Assembly: GCA_963778655.1 (NCBI GenBank)
Contig: CAVZVA010000010.1
Location: 352,001 to 416,000 of the forward strand
Length of the DNA: 64,000 bases
Direction of reading: 5' to 3'
From: an uncultured delta proteobacterium
GTDB lineage: Bacteria; Myxococcota_A; Polyangia; Polyangiales; JAFGIB01
Shown: in pieces, positions 39,001-48,874 of the stretch
Numbering within the stretch: the first letter of the stretch is position 1
How the letters are laid out: the number at the start of each line of letters is the position of its first letter
The notes under the pieces: model-generated
What the model was told of the DNA's origin: nothing
The model's database searches: none
What the model saw: the letters and a program-made list of their open reading frames with translations, nothing else
Position numbers and translations under genes: made by a program

Positions 39001-40278
39001 GATGCGTCGCTCGGGCGGCGGCGCGTGCCAGGCGTGGCGCAGCACCTTGAAGTCGCGCGTGGGCATGCGCAGCGGCCCCGAGAGGGCCAGCGGATGAAGG
39101 GTCCCGCTGAGGTCGAAATTGCCGGCCAGGGTCCAGTCGACGATCGCGTTGGGTGAGACGCCCAGCTGCTCCATCAGCTTGGCGAAGCTGACGTCGTGCA
39201 CGCTGGCTCGCAGCTGCAGCGGCAGGCCCTTGCGCAGCCCCAGGCTGCCGTCGAGATCGACGCTTCCGCCGTCACGGATCAGGCGCGAGACCCCCTGGAA
39301 CGCGATCTTGGTCGGGTCGACGCGCAAGTCGAGCGTGACGCGCTCGCCCAGGCCGAACTGCTTGACCACCGCGCGTTCGAGCACCAGCTGGCCGCTGCCG
39401 CGGGGGCCGCGCCGGCCGCCCTCGAGCTTGGCATTGAGCTGCAGCTCGCCCTCGAGGTGGGGCAGCGTGAAGCCGTGCGGCCAGCGTTCCAGCTGCGGCA
39501 AAAACAGGCTCAATGCGAGACGCCCGCGGTAGTAGTCGAGACCCGGCAGCGCCAGCTCGGCCTCGCGCAACCCCAGCTTGAGCTCGGGCGTCTCCAGGCG
39601 GAACACATCGACGTTGAGCGCGTGCGGCGAATAGGTGCCGAGCAGCTTGAGGCGCGACAGCACGTCGCGGCCGGTGGCGTGGCGCACGAAGCCGCCGGAG
39701 GCCTGCAGGCGCAGGTTGAGCAGGCGCGGGCTCACCACGGTGAAGGCGATGTCGATGTCGCGCACCTCGCCGTGCGCGATCGGGTCTGCGTCGACCACCA
39801 GTCGCCCCTGCTCGATCAACAACGCGTGAAAGGGCAGGTCGAGCTGGTCGCCGCTGGGCCGCGCGCTGGTGTGGAGCCGCGGCAGGTTCTGGATGCGGCC
39901 GTTGCGAACCTTGAGCCAGACGGTGGCGTGCTCGATCGTGATCTTGTGCAGGTCCAGCTTGCCGTGCAGCAGCGCCCACCAGGAGGGCCGGATCTCCAGC
40001 CAGGCGGCCTTGGCGAAGCGCCCATACTTGGGGTGGATCAGCACGATGCCGTCCGCGACCACGGTCAGGCGCTCGGGGTCGACGCGCACCTGGTCGATCT
40101 GGGCGATCAGCCCGAGCTGCTCGCGTAGGGCGGCGGCGGCCTGCCGGCCGGCGTACGCGCGCACGAAGTCGGTCTGCGCCAGCGAGGCGGCCGCGACCGG
40201 CACCCCCAGCAGCAGCAGCCCGATCCCGAGCAGCCACTTCAGCCATCGCCTACGCGCTCGCGGAGCGGGCTCGACCAC
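36088..40278 (-). CDS. tamB: Translocation/assembly module TamB (AsmA-like N-terminus, DUF490-like C-terminus)
   Basis: N-terminal TM anchor, long beta-rich body, LSSDPYLSEDDIALLL, ends GDVGVDLKWRLEFD; adjacent to the Omp85 gene. Confidence 0.88.
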   Translation of the reverse strand: MVEPAPRARRRWLKWLLGIGLLLLGVPVAAASLAQTDFVRAYAGRQAAAALREQLGLIAQIDQVRVDPERLTVVADGIVLIHPKYGRFAKAAWLEIRPSWWALLHGKLDLHKITIEHATVWLKVRNGRIQNLPRLHTSARPSGDQLDLPFHALLIEQGRLVVDADPIAHGEVRDIDIAFTVVSPRLLNLRLQASGGFVRHATGRDVLSRLKLLGTYSPHALNVDVFRLETPELKLGLREAELALPGLDYYRGRLALSLFLPQLERWPHGFTLPHLEGELQLNAKLEGGRRGPRGSGQLVLERAVVKQFGLGERVTLDLRVDPTKIAFQGVSRLIRDGGSVDLDGSLGLRKGLPLQLRASVHDVSFAKLMEQLGVSPNAIVDWTLAGNFDLSGTLHPLALSGPLRMPTRDFKVLRHAWHAPPPERRILGVSSAKLVGGVMVRPDGIHLQDIDIELPRSRLNATVLLGFDNVLRVHAQGLDWNLADCSPLIDLPIGGHGGFTTDVSGTFSDPVVRGQVKVADYSFGGFDFGDVQTAFEVDRDLMGVRFPHIDATKNQSRYAIDGGFLDFRKDAFRTGGALSLQRLELADFYRIFHYDGDERYEPYQGVVSGDVAIGYTMGYPGDSKNGTMHAALDLAIPEATLDGYAFENGRFAGSFTWLDHTLGYKSGDLQVQRLSLRKGKGTLNLSGRMRPGGLLDFVVLGDQLAVHDTEGLRDRLPALDGSLAVTGTLKGTAADPRADLELTGTGLRLSGEPIGDGRAYVRLTDKNDPWIAEALRWKEGAPPADAPCGHAREGLARGVWPEDPPLHTSEGPQPRLDQPMAFVVCGHALDDKLEVDLAIGRTEQHPLRGRIGLRGLSFGRFLPRARAHQPLHGTASGSLTLRDGSLGQLETLAGELRLRQLRVGETDVELRNEGPLDVRFDHGSFEVVSAKLAGPSSELDISGGGSLSGGLALSFDGSVDLGLLSTLSRTVTEASGTLAASFRVSGPLEQPAVYGQAVVRDAALRVASFPEAVREVSGKVTFSERRVLLEDFSAKVAGGKVEWSGAAELAGRSIGSYAIDINATGMAFSPRDGIDLKLGGRGRLSWKQGDRLPLLGGKLRLDELTYKRPIKMERTIGEIAAPERAATTSYDPRLDMLAVDFEVEQAKPLRINNNLIDAELRLETDKLPFRLVGTDQRLGVVGSMSVRKGKIRFRERTFDIRQGDVHFDDETRIDPRFDLRATTEVRRTADRSDWRIEIHAFGSRDHFQFELSSDPYLSEDDIALLLTVGMTHAELAQLQTSELASTAALEALATVTGVSGEVHRALPQIDDFHIASAYSERTNRTEPQLVIGKRIAENVRLSASTGIAESRDFKTGLELELNDKTSVQAVYNNQNTTSASQLGDVGVDLKWRLEFD

Positions 40279-40421
40279 ACACTACCTCGGCTTACAAATT
40301 ACCACGCGACTGCCCGGCACGCCGCTTTGTAGCGGGACGGCCGCCGGCGGCTCGGCATTCTCGGGCGTGAGGCACATCTCCCGTAGACTTTAGGGGCCCG
40401 CGGTGTGCTAGGACACGGGCC

Positions 40422-40928
40422 ATGGAACCGGGCGAGCTGCTGCAGGGCCGGACGCGCGAGACGACCATCGTGCGCGACGCGCAAGGTCGCTGGTTCCACG
40501 ATGGCCAGCCGCTCGAGCACCCCAACCTCACGCGCGCTTTCGACCGCTGGATCGAGCGCGCCGGGGACGGCCGCTACTGCCTCAAGAACGGGATCAACTG
40601 GGCGTACTTCACGCTGCAGGGCCCGCCCTTCTTCGTGCGCTCGCTGCGCGTTCAGCCGGGGGGCCGGGTCGAGCTGCTGCTCTCCAACGACGCGCGCGAG
40701 CTGCTGCGCGCCGACAGCCTGCGCCTGGGTCCGGACGGAGCGCTCCACTGCGACGTGGGCGACGGCAGCATGGTCGCGCGCTTCGACCGCCATGCCGCCG
40801 CCCAGCTCGAGGCGCTGATCGGCGAGGACGGCCAGGGCGTGTACATCGAGCTCGAGGGCCGCCGGGTGCGTCCGCCGCAAGTGGCCGACCCACTACAGCC
40901 GCGGGCCGCAACCGGAGGCACGCCATGA
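40422..40928 (+). CDS. DUF1285-like hypothetical protein
   Basis: RDAQGRWFHDGQPLEHP, PFFVRSL, ARFDRHA; stop overlaps the next ATG. Confidence 0.7.
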   Translation: MEPGELLQGRTRETTIVRDAQGRWFHDGQPLEHPNLTRAFDRWIERAGDGRYCLKNGINWAYFTLQGPPFFVRSLRVQPGGRVELLLSNDARELLRADSLRLGPDGALHCDVGDGSMVARFDRHAAAQLEALIGEDGQGVYIELEGRRVRPPQVADPLQPRAATGGTP

Positions 40929-41596
40929 GCAAGCCCACGCCCCCGACGCCGACACCCGCGGCCAGCCCGGCCGAACGGCTGACCCGCAACAAGCGCCGCG
41001 AGCTGATCGCGACCTTGATCGTGGCGTTGCTGGGCACCCCACTGGTGTTCATGTATGCGCGCGCGATGGCTTCGAGCGAGGCGCGGCGGCGTGAGACGCC
41101 GCTGCGCGCGCTGCTGGGCGACGACAGCTACGAGCGGCTCGCGCGCGGCGAGCGCACCGAAGAGAACTACCTGGGAGATCAGCTGCTGGCCCCCGATTTC
41201 ACGCTGCTCGATCGCAACGGCAAGCCGTGGCGGCTGCGCGACCACCGCGGCAAGGTGGTGGTGATGAACTTCTGGACCATGACCTGCGGGCCGTGCGTCC
41301 AGGAGCTGCCGAGCATCCTCGAGCTGGCCGACATGGCCAAGCACTCGGGCGACTTCGAGGTGGTGGCGGTCAGCACCGACAAGAGCTGGAACGAGGTCGC
41401 CGCGCTCTTCCCGCCGCAGTTCTCGCTGCGCGTGCTGTTCGATCCCGAGCGCAAGATCGTCAGCGGCAAGTTCGGCACGCGGCTGTTTCCGGAAACCTGG
41501 GTGATCGACCCGCGCGGGGTGATCCGACTGCGCGTCGACGGCCGCCGCGACTGGTCGGAGGCGCTCGCGGTCGACGTGATCGAGAGCTTCATGTAG
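40925..41596 (+). CDS. Membrane-anchored TlpA-family thiol:disulfide oxidoreductase
   Basis: TM anchor, APDFTL, VVVMNFWTMTCGPCVQELP (CxxC), FPETWVID. Confidence 0.9.
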   Translation: MSKPTPPTPTPAASPAERLTRNKRRELIATLIVALLGTPLVFMYARAMASSEARRRETPLRALLGDDSYERLARGERTEENYLGDQLLAPDFTLLDRNGKPWRLRDHRGKVVVMNFWTMTCGPCVQELPSILELADMAKHSGDFEVVAVSTDKSWNEVAALFPPQFSLRVLFDPERKIVSGKFGTRLFPETWVIDPRGVIRLRVDGRRDWSEALAVDVIESFM

Positions 41597-41615
41597 CTGG
41601 CGCAGGCCGATCCGA

Positions 41616-41700
41616 GGATTTCACAGGAAGACGGGAGGCGGGCAGCAGTCCAGCTCGAGCTTCCGCTCGTTCTTCCCGCCTTCCCGCTTTGCTGTTTTTC
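41616..41700. repeat. REP-like imperfect inverted repeat, copy D
   Basis: GGATTTCACAGGAAGACGGGAGGCGGG ... TCTTCCCGCCTTCCCGCTTTGCTGTTTTTC between convergent genes. Confidence 0.75.
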
Positions 41701-41721
41701 ACGCCCGGGCGCTGCCGAGCG

Positions 41722-44700
41722 CTACAGGCCGGCCGCCGTGGGGCGCAGCACGCGCTCGAGTTGCTGTGCGCGCTCGCGCAGCGCGTGCAGCACGCGAACC
41801 TCGGCTGGCAGCGGCTCGTGCTGCCGCCACCACTGCTCGAAACGCTCGTCGAGCGCCGACAGCGCGGCGGCGGTGAGCGTGGCCGCGGCCGAGCTGCCGA
41901 GCGCGAACGACCAGCCGAGAGGGCCGATCGGCCGGCAGCCGAACAGCTGGCTCAGGCCCGGCGTCTGCACGATCCCGAACAGGACCGCGAACGAGCCGAG
42001 CGCGGTCACGGTCACGCGCCGGCCGGTGCCGCGTGACAGCAGAGTCTGGCCAAGCTGGCTGCCGACCAGCGCCGCCAGCGCCATCGTGCTGGCGCGCGAG
42101 CGGGTGCCGGTGAGCCGGCCCAGGCCCCACGCCCAGCTCGCGCCGAGCGTGGTGCTGACCGCTCTGACCGCGATCGCACGGTTCAAACGCGCCCGCAGCA
42201 GCTCGTCGGGACGCCCATGCCCGAGCTGCTCGTAGGCGCTGCGCGGCGGTCGCCGCAGCGCCACGGCCATCGCCGGCGCGATGTCGGTGAGGAAGTTCAC
42301 CAGCAAGAGCTGGCGCGGATTGAGCGGCGGCTTACCGGAGACCAGGCCTGCGGCCACGCAGAAGCCGATCTCGCCTAGGTTGCCCCCGAGCAGGATCGAG
42401 ACCGCGTCGCGCACCGAGAACAACATCGCGCGCGCCTCGAGAATGCAGTCGAGCAGCTTCTCGAGCCCGACCTCGGTGAGCACGATGTCGGCGGCCGCGC
42501 GCGCGGCCGCCGCGCAACCCTGCCCCAGCGCCACGCCCACCTCGGCCGCGCGCAGGGCCGGCGCGTCGTTGGCGCCGTCGCCCACCATCGCCACCACGTG
42601 ACCGCGCCGCTGCAGCGCGTGCACGATGCGCACCTTCTGGCTGGGCGTGACCCGCGCGAACACCCCGTAGCGGTCCGCGCGCTCGGCGATCTCGGCGTCG
42701 CTGAGCTGGTTGAGCGCGCCGCCGCCGAGGCACTCGCGCCCGCGCAGCAGATCGATCTCGCTGGCGATCGTGCGCGCGGTGTTGATGTGGTCCCCGGTCA
42801 GCATCACCACCTCGACGCCCGCGCCGCGCAGGCGCTGCAGGGTCTGGGCGATCTGCGCGCGCGCCGGATCGCGGAACGCGAGCAGCCCGACGAAGCACAG
42901 CCGCTCGAGCCCCGCCTCGCCCGGGGCCTGCTCGCTCTCCGCCACCGCCAGCACGCGCAGCCCCTGGGCCGCGAGCTCGGCAGCCTTGGCCACCAGCGCG
43001 TCGCGCGCCTCCGAGCCCAGCGGGGCCGGCGCGCCGTCGAGCAGCTGCTCGCGACAGCGCGCAAGCAGCGTCTCGGGCGCGCCCTTGACGCTCACCAGCA
43101 CGCCGGACTCGGTCCGCGCGAACACCGCGTGGTAGCCGCGCGCGGACTCGAAGGGGTGCTCGGCGTGCGGGCGCAGGCTCGAGCGTCCTTCGGTGCGCTC
43201 CACCCCGGCGGCCGCAGCCGCACGCGCCAGCGCGGCGTCGGTCGCGGAGCTGTGGATGCCGCCGGCCTCGAGCGCGGTCGCGCGCAGCGCGGCGGCCAGC
43301 ACGCGGCGGTGCGAGGGCTCGAGCGCGTCGAGGCGCGCGGCGCGATTGGCGTCGCTGACCAGGTGCAGCTCGAGCCGGCCTTCGGTGAGCGTACCGGTCT
43401 TGTCCAGACAGATCACATCGACGCGGCCGAGCGCCTCGATGCAGCGCGCGTTGCGCACCAGCGCGCCCCGGCGCGAGAGCCGCTCGGCCGTCGACAGCTG
43501 GGCCGCGCTGGCCAGCAGCGGCAGGCCTTCGGGAATCGCGGCGACCGCCATGCTCACGCCGGTCTCCACCATTTCGGCGGCGCTGCGCCCGCGCAGCATG
43601 CCCGCGAGCACCACCGCGACCCCGCCGGCGGTCGCGATCGGCCCGGTCAGCTGCATCAGCTCGCGCAGGCGCGCCTCGACCCCGCTGCGCTGGGCGGCCT
43701 CGCTCTTGGCGTGCGCGCCGCGCCGCGCCTCGACCTGCTCGCCCACCGCCACCACCACCGCGGTCGCGCTGCCCGCCACCACGCGCGTGCCCGCGTACAG
43801 CATGCAGCTGCGGTCCGCGAGCGCGGCCTCGAACGAGGGCGCGGCGTCCTTGTGGCTGGGCAGCGACTCGCCGGTGAGGATCGAGGTGTCGACCTCGAGC
43901 GCGTTGTGCTCGAGGATGCGGCAGTCCGCGGGGACTTCCTCGCCGGGGGTGAGCAGCACGATGTCCCCCGCCACCAGCTCCTCGGAGGCGAGCAGGCGGG
44001 TGGCACCGCCGCGCCGCACCCGCACGTGCAGCCGCGCCGGGCGCACCATGCGACGCAGCGCGCGCTCGGTGCGGTAGCGCTGCACGCCGCCCACCACCGC
44101 GTTGATGCCGCCGACGCCGGCGACCAGGCCCGCGTCGAGCGTCGAGCCCACCAGCGCGCTCAGGCCGGCGCCGGCGGCGAGCAACGGCGCCAGCGGGTTG
44201 AGCAGCTCCTGCGCGATCGCCGCGCCCAGCTCGCGCGGCGCCGAGGGCGTGCGCGAAGGCTGCACGAGCGCGCGCTCGGCCACGCGCTCAGCGTCGAGCC
44301 CGGCCGGGCCGCTGCCCAGGCGCGCCAGCACCGCGGGCGCCTCCAGCGCATGCCAGGGCGTCATGTCGACCAGCACCGCGCGCGCGCGGTTGCGCAACGG
44401 CGCGGCGCGGCGCAACGCGTTGAGCATCGAGACCACGCTGGCGACGTTGACCACCAGCATCACGCGCTGGCTCGGCCCGTCCTTGCCGCCGGCGGAGGCC
44501 AGCGTACCGACGGCCGCGGCGCCCAGCGCCAGGTTGACGCTCTGGCGTGAGACCTGGCGCGCGAGCAGGGCAGCGCGCAGCAGCGTGTGCAGCCCCTCGA
44601 GATCGGGCTCGCAGATCACGTGCGCGGCCCACGGCGGCCGCTGCGCCGGGTCGCGTACGCCGATCGCGCAGTCGGCGTGCGCCAGCCCCGCCGCCGGCCC

Positions 44701-46248
44701 CAGCCCCAGGTAGCACACCATCTGACCCTCGCCCTGAAGGCGCCGGATGCCCTCGACCAGGTGCGCGCCGCCGGCGATCACCTCGAGCGGCTCGGTGCCG
44801 AGGTGGCTCCACACCTGCTCGCGCTCGGCCGCCACCAGCACGCGCAGCCCGCCCTGCTGCGCCAGCTCGACCAGATCGTCGATCCCGCCGCCGCCGCCGA
44901 TGCGCACCTCGACCACCGCCCACAGCTCGGGCCCGCGCGCGAGCCCGAGCACCAGCGAGCCGGCCTCGCTCAGCGCGCGCGCGCGATCGTGCGCCTCGTC
45001 GTCGGCGCGCGCGCGCAGCAGCGGCAGCGGGCCGAGCTCGAACGACTCGGCCTGGCGCAGCTCGGTTGGCGCGCGCGGGTCGAACAGGCCGCACGCGCGC
45101 GCCTCCACTGTGGCCGGGTCGCGGCCGCCGCACGGCTCGATGCGGCCCAGCGTGAAGCGCATGCGGCTCATCAGCGCGGCATCGATCACCAGGCAGTCGA
45201 CCCGGTCCAGACGCCGCAGCGTGTCGGGCGCGAGCACCAGCGTGCCGCGCTCGGCGAGCACGCGCCCCACCTCGTTGGCGAAGATCTCGCGTCCCAGGTG
45301 CGCCGGCTTGGGCAGCGCGGAGAGCAGCGCCGCGCTCGCGCGCCGCAGGCTGCGGCTCGTCAACAGGCCAAAGCCGAAGGCGCCGGCAGCCGTGACCCAA
45401 GCGCGCTCCGCGTACAGCTCGAGCGGGCCGCGCGGCGCGGGCACGGGGCGCGCGGCGCGCAGCGCTTCGGGGCTCAGATCACAGCCCGCGGGCTCGGCGA
45501 AGAGCTGCGCGCGGCGGCGCGCGAACAGCCGCGCCCGCGCGTTGTGCTCGCGCAGCGCGCTGACCCGGTGCCCGACCTCCACCAGGGAGCTCAGCGGGCG
45601 CTGCGACAGACCTTGCACGAACGCCAGCGTCACCCCGAGCAGCAGATCGGCGCGGTCCTTGCCAAGACGGCGGTCGAGCGGCGCGCGCAGCCGTGCCTGA
45701 CTGCGCACCAGGGTCAGCAGCGCGGCCGCGTTGGTGGCCGCGCCCCCGGGCAGCAGCGGCAACAGCCGCAGCATGCTGCCGAGCCCCAGGCCGGCGCAGT
45801 CGGCCGCCAGCTCGACCCAGCGCTGCAGCGCCAGCAGCTCGTCGTCGGGCAGCGTGCGCTCCTGCGGCAGCTCGGCGCCGGGCGCGAGGCACGCGAGCTC
45901 GGCCTGCACGACCAGCGCCTCTAGCCGATCGAGGCCCACGCTTCCGGGCGCGAAGGCGAAGCGCGCCCGGCGTAGGAAGGGGTTGACCTCGACCGAGCGC
46001 AGCTGCGGCAGGGGCTCGCACAGCGCCTGCAGCTGCTCTTGCAGCTTGCCCAGCGCCTCGAGCGGCACCCCACGCAGCTCGACGCTGGCCACTCCGCCTT
46101 CGAGATGCCGGGCGCGCGGGCGGGCGCGCGGCAGCGCGAGCAGGCGGCGCACCAGCGAAGCGCGCCGGGGGCCGCGGCCCGCGGGCGCGACGGAGAAGCT
46201 CGGCCTCGAAAGCGAAGGCAAACGCATGCGTACGGGGGCTCCGCCCAC
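41722..46248 (-). CDS. Large cation-translocating P-type ATPase, CtpH/CtpI-like
   Basis: TGES, AIPEGLP, DKTGTLT, KGAPE, MLTGD and GDGAND in the C-half; long atypical N-half. Start GTG 46248 or ATG 46227. Confidence 0.9.
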   Translation of the reverse strand: MGGAPVRMRLPSLSRPSFSVAPAGRGPRRASLVRRLLALPRARPRARHLEGGVASVELRGVPLEALGKLQEQLQALCEPLPQLRSVEVNPFLRRARFAFAPGSVGLDRLEALVVQAELACLAPGAELPQERTLPDDELLALQRWVELAADCAGLGLGSMLRLLPLLPGGAATNAAALLTLVRSQARLRAPLDRRLGKDRADLLLGVTLAFVQGLSQRPLSSLVEVGHRVSALREHNARARLFARRRAQLFAEPAGCDLSPEALRAARPVPAPRGPLELYAERAWVTAAGAFGFGLLTSRSLRRASAALLSALPKPAHLGREIFANEVGRVLAERGTLVLAPDTLRRLDRVDCLVIDAALMSRMRFTLGRIEPCGGRDPATVEARACGLFDPRAPTELRQAESFELGPLPLLRARADDEAHDRARALSEAGSLVLGLARGPELWAVVEVRIGGGGGIDDLVELAQQGGLRVLVAAEREQVWSHLGTEPLEVIAGGAHLVEGIRRLQGEGQMVCYLGLGPAAGLAHADCAIGVRDPAQRPPWAAHVICEPDLEGLHTLLRAALLARQVSRQSVNLALGAAAVGTLASAGGKDGPSQRVMLVVNVASVVSMLNALRRAAPLRNRARAVLVDMTPWHALEAPAVLARLGSGPAGLDAERVAERALVQPSRTPSAPRELGAAIAQELLNPLAPLLAAGAGLSALVGSTLDAGLVAGVGGINAVVGGVQRYRTERALRRMVRPARLHVRVRRGGATRLLASEELVAGDIVLLTPGEEVPADCRILEHNALEVDTSILTGESLPSHKDAAPSFEAALADRSCMLYAGTRVVAGSATAVVVAVGEQVEARRGAHAKSEAAQRSGVEARLRELMQLTGPIATAGGVAVVLAGMLRGRSAAEMVETGVSMAVAAIPEGLPLLASAAQLSTAERLSRRGALVRNARCIEALGRVDVICLDKTGTLTEGRLELHLVSDANRAARLDALEPSHRRVLAAALRATALEAGGIHSSATDAALARAAAAAGVERTEGRSSLRPHAEHPFESARGYHAVFARTESGVLVSVKGAPETLLARCREQLLDGAPAPLGSEARDALVAKAAELAAQGLRVLAVAESEQAPGEAGLERLCFVGLLAFRDPARAQIAQTLQRLRGAGVEVVMLTGDHINTARTIASEIDLLRGRECLGGGALNQLSDAEIAERADRYGVFARVTPSQKVRIVHALQRRGHVVAMVGDGANDAPALRAAEVGVALGQGCAAAARAAADIVLTEVGLEKLLDCILEARAMLFSVRDAVSILLGGNLGEIGFCVAAGLVSGKPPLNPRQLLLVNFLTDIAPAMAVALRRPPRSAYEQLGHGRPDELLRARLNRAIAVRAVSTTLGASWAWGLGRLTGTRSRASTMALAALVGSQLGQTLLSRGTGRRVTVTALGSFAVLFGIVQTPGLSQLFGCRPIGPLGWSFALGSSAAATLTAAALSALDERFEQWWRQHEPLPAEVRVLHALRERAQQLERVLRPTAAGL

Positions 46249-46314
46249 GGCGGGCGGCGCAATCTCCCCAGCCTACCATGCGGCGTCGCCCCCGGCCGCT
46301 TAGGACCCGGGCCC

Positions 46315-48819
46315 TTACAGCGCGGCGCGCCGCAGCCGCAGCGCGTTGCCGATCACCGACACGGAGCTGAAGCTCATCGCCGCCGCCGCCAGCATCGGGC
46401 TCAGCAGCACGTGAAGCAGCGGGTACAGCGCCCCAGCGGCGACCGGCACCCCGATCGCGTTGTAGACGAACGCGAAGAACAGATTCTGGCGAATGTTACG
46501 CACTGTGGCACGGCTCAGCCGGCGAGCACGCACGATGCCGCGCAGGTCGCCCCGCACCAGGGTCACCCCCGCGCTCTGCATCGCCACGTCGGTGCCGGTG
46601 CCCATCGCAATCCCGACCTGCGCCTGCGCCAGCGCCGGGGCGTCGTTGATGCCGTCGCCTGCCATCGCGACCACGCAGCCCGCCTGCTGCAGGCGCCGCA
46701 CCTCGGCCGCCTTCTGGTCGGGCAGCACCTCGGCCACCACCTGGTCGATGCCGAGCCTGCGCGCCACCGCCTGCGCGGTGGTGTTGCCATCGCCGGTCAG
46801 CATTACGATGCGCACGCCCTCGGCATGCAGCGCCGCGATCGCCTCGGGCGTGCTCGACTTGATCGGGTCGGCGACCGCGAGCACGCCGGCCGCCTTGCCG
46901 TCGAGCGCCAGCAGCAGCGCGGTCGCGCCGTCCTTGCGCAGCGCCTCGGCGCGCGCGGCCAGCGCGTCCGGGTCGACGCCGTGCTCGCGCAGCAGGGCCG
47001 CGGTGCCGATCAGCAGCGCGTGGCCTGCCACGCGCCCACTCGCGCCCTTGCCCGCGTGCGCCACGAAGTCCTGGGCGGCCTGCAATGACAGCCCGCGCCG
47101 CTGCGCGCCGGCCACGATCGCCGCCGCCAGCGGATGCTCGCTACCGCGCTCCAGGCTCGCGCCCAGCGCGAGCAGCCGGTCGGCGTCTACGCCCGCGGCC
47201 GGCTCGACCGCGCTGAGCTCGGGCTTGCCCTCGGTCAGCGTTCCGGTCTTGTCCACCACCAGGGTGTCGACCGTTCGCAGCACCTCGATCGCCTCCGCGT
47301 TCTTGAACAGCACGCCGAGCGTCGCGCCGCGCCCCATCGCCACCATGATCGACATCGGCGTGGCCAGCCCGAGCGCGCACGGGCAAGCGATGATCAGCAC
47401 GGCCACCGCGTTGACCAGCGCGTGCGCCAGCGCCGGCTCGGGCCCCAGCCACAGCCACAACGCGAAGGTCAGCACCGCAGCCGCGATCACGGCGGGCACG
47501 AAGTAGCCGGCGGCCACGTCCGCGAGCCGCTGGATCGGCGCGCGGCTGCGCTGCGCCTGCGCCACCAGCGCGACGATGCGCGAGAGCAGGGTGTCGGCGC
47601 CCACGCGCTCGGCCCGCATCACCAGCGAGCCGCTGCCGTTGAGCGTGGCGCCGATCACGCGGTCGCCGGGTGCCTTGGCGACCGGCAGCGGCTCGCCCGT
47701 GATCATCGCCTCGTCGAGCGTGCTCTGTCCTTCGAGCACGACGCCGTCGACCGGCACCTTCTCGCCCGGCCGCACGCGCAGCCGATCGCCCGGGTGCAGC
47801 GCGGCGAGATCCACGTCGTGCTCGCTGCCGTCGTCTTCGATGCGGCGCGCGCTGCGCGGCGAGAGCTTGAGCAGCGCGCGGATCGCACCCGCGGTCTTGC
47901 CGCGCGCGCGTAGCTCGAGCACCTGGCCGAGCAGCACCAGCGTGGTGATGGTTGCAGCGGCCTCGAAGTACACGCCCACGTGACCGTCGGGCGCACGCAT
48001 CGCCGGCGGAAACCAGCCCGGAAACAGCACCGCAACCAGGCTGTAGCCGTAGCTCACCAGCACGCCGAGCCCGATCAGCGTGAACATGTTGAGGTTGCCG
48101 GTGCGCAGCGACCGCGCCGCGCGCACGAAGAACGGAAAGCCACCCCACAGCACGACTGGCGTGCCGAGCGCGAGCTCGCCCCACACCCGCGCCGCGTGGG
48201 AGCCGAGCGCGGCCAGCGGATCGCCCGGCAGCATCGAGCCCATGGCGAGCGCGAGCAACGGCACGCTCAGCACCAGGCTGCCCCAGAAGCGGCGGCGCAT
48301 GTCGCGCAGCTCGGGATTGTCCTGCTCGAGCTCCACCGTACGCGGCTCGAGTGCCATCCCGCAGATCGGGCAGTTGCCCGGCTGATCGCGCACCACCTCG
48401 GGATGCATGGGACACACCCACTGCCGCGTTTCTTGCGCCTGCAGCAGCACCTCCGCCTCGAGCGCCATCCCACAGCGCGGACAAGCCCCCGGCCCTCCGG
48501 CCACCACCTCGGGATCCATCGGGCACAGGTACCTCGCCCCTCCCACCGCATCGTGCCCGTGCCCGTGCGCGTCCTCGTGCGCGTGGCCCACGGCCTCTGC
48601 GTCCGCGCCGCCACCCGCCTGCAGATACCGCCCCGGATCGCCCGCGAACTTGCCCTTGCACCCCGCGCAGCAGAACAGGTATTGGCGGCCCTCGTACACC
48701 AGCCGGTGCGGCGTCTCGGGCTTGGGTGTCATGCCGCACACCACGTCCCGGGCCACGACCTCCGACCGGACCGGCGCGCCCGCCTCGGGTGAAGCTCCGC
48801 CGTGCGTGTGCGCGCTCAT
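46315..48819 (-). CDS. copA: Cu(+)/Ag(+)-type P1B ATPase with YHS and CPM(H/D)P metal-binding domains
   Basis: YHS (DVVCGM...YLFCCAGC), YLCPMDP and [29 protein letters not shown] and MSFSS; GGAGGG RBS before ATG 48819. Confidence 0.93.
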   Translation of the reverse strand: MSAHTHGGASPEAGAPVRSEVVARDVVCGMTPKPETPHRLVYEGRQYLFCCAGCKGKFAGDPGRYLQAGGGADAEAVGHAHEDAHGHGHDAVGGARYLCPMDPEVVAGGPGACPRCGMALEAEVLLQAQETRQWVCPMHPEVVRDQPGNCPICGMALEPRTVELEQDNPELRDMRRRFWGSLVLSVPLLALAMGSMLPGDPLAALGSHAARVWGELALGTPVVLWGGFPFFVRAARSLRTGNLNMFTLIGLGVLVSYGYSLVAVLFPGWFPPAMRAPDGHVGVYFEAAATITTLVLLGQVLELRARGKTAGAIRALLKLSPRSARRIEDDGSEHDVDLAALHPGDRLRVRPGEKVPVDGVVLEGQSTLDEAMITGEPLPVAKAPGDRVIGATLNGSGSLVMRAERVGADTLLSRIVALVAQAQRSRAPIQRLADVAAGYFVPAVIAAAVLTFALWLWLGPEPALAHALVNAVAVLIIACPCALGLATPMSIMVAMGRGATLGVLFKNAEAIEVLRTVDTLVVDKTGTLTEGKPELSAVEPAAGVDADRLLALGASLERGSEHPLAAAIVAGAQRRGLSLQAAQDFVAHAGKGASGRVAGHALLIGTAALLREHGVDPDALAARAEALRKDGATALLLALDGKAAGVLAVADPIKSSTPEAIAALHAEGVRIVMLTGDGNTTAQAVARRLGIDQVVAEVLPDQKAAEVRRLQQAGCVVAMAGDGINDAPALAQAQVGIAMGTGTDVAMQSAGVTLVRGDLRGIVRARRLSRATVRNIRQNLFFAFVYNAIGVPVAAGALYPLLHVLLSPMLAAAAMSFSSVSVIGNALRLRRAAL

Positions 48820-48874
48820 CGCCACCGCCCTCCCGCGCGTAGCCTACTGCGCGCAGCCGAGCAACGCCACGTCC

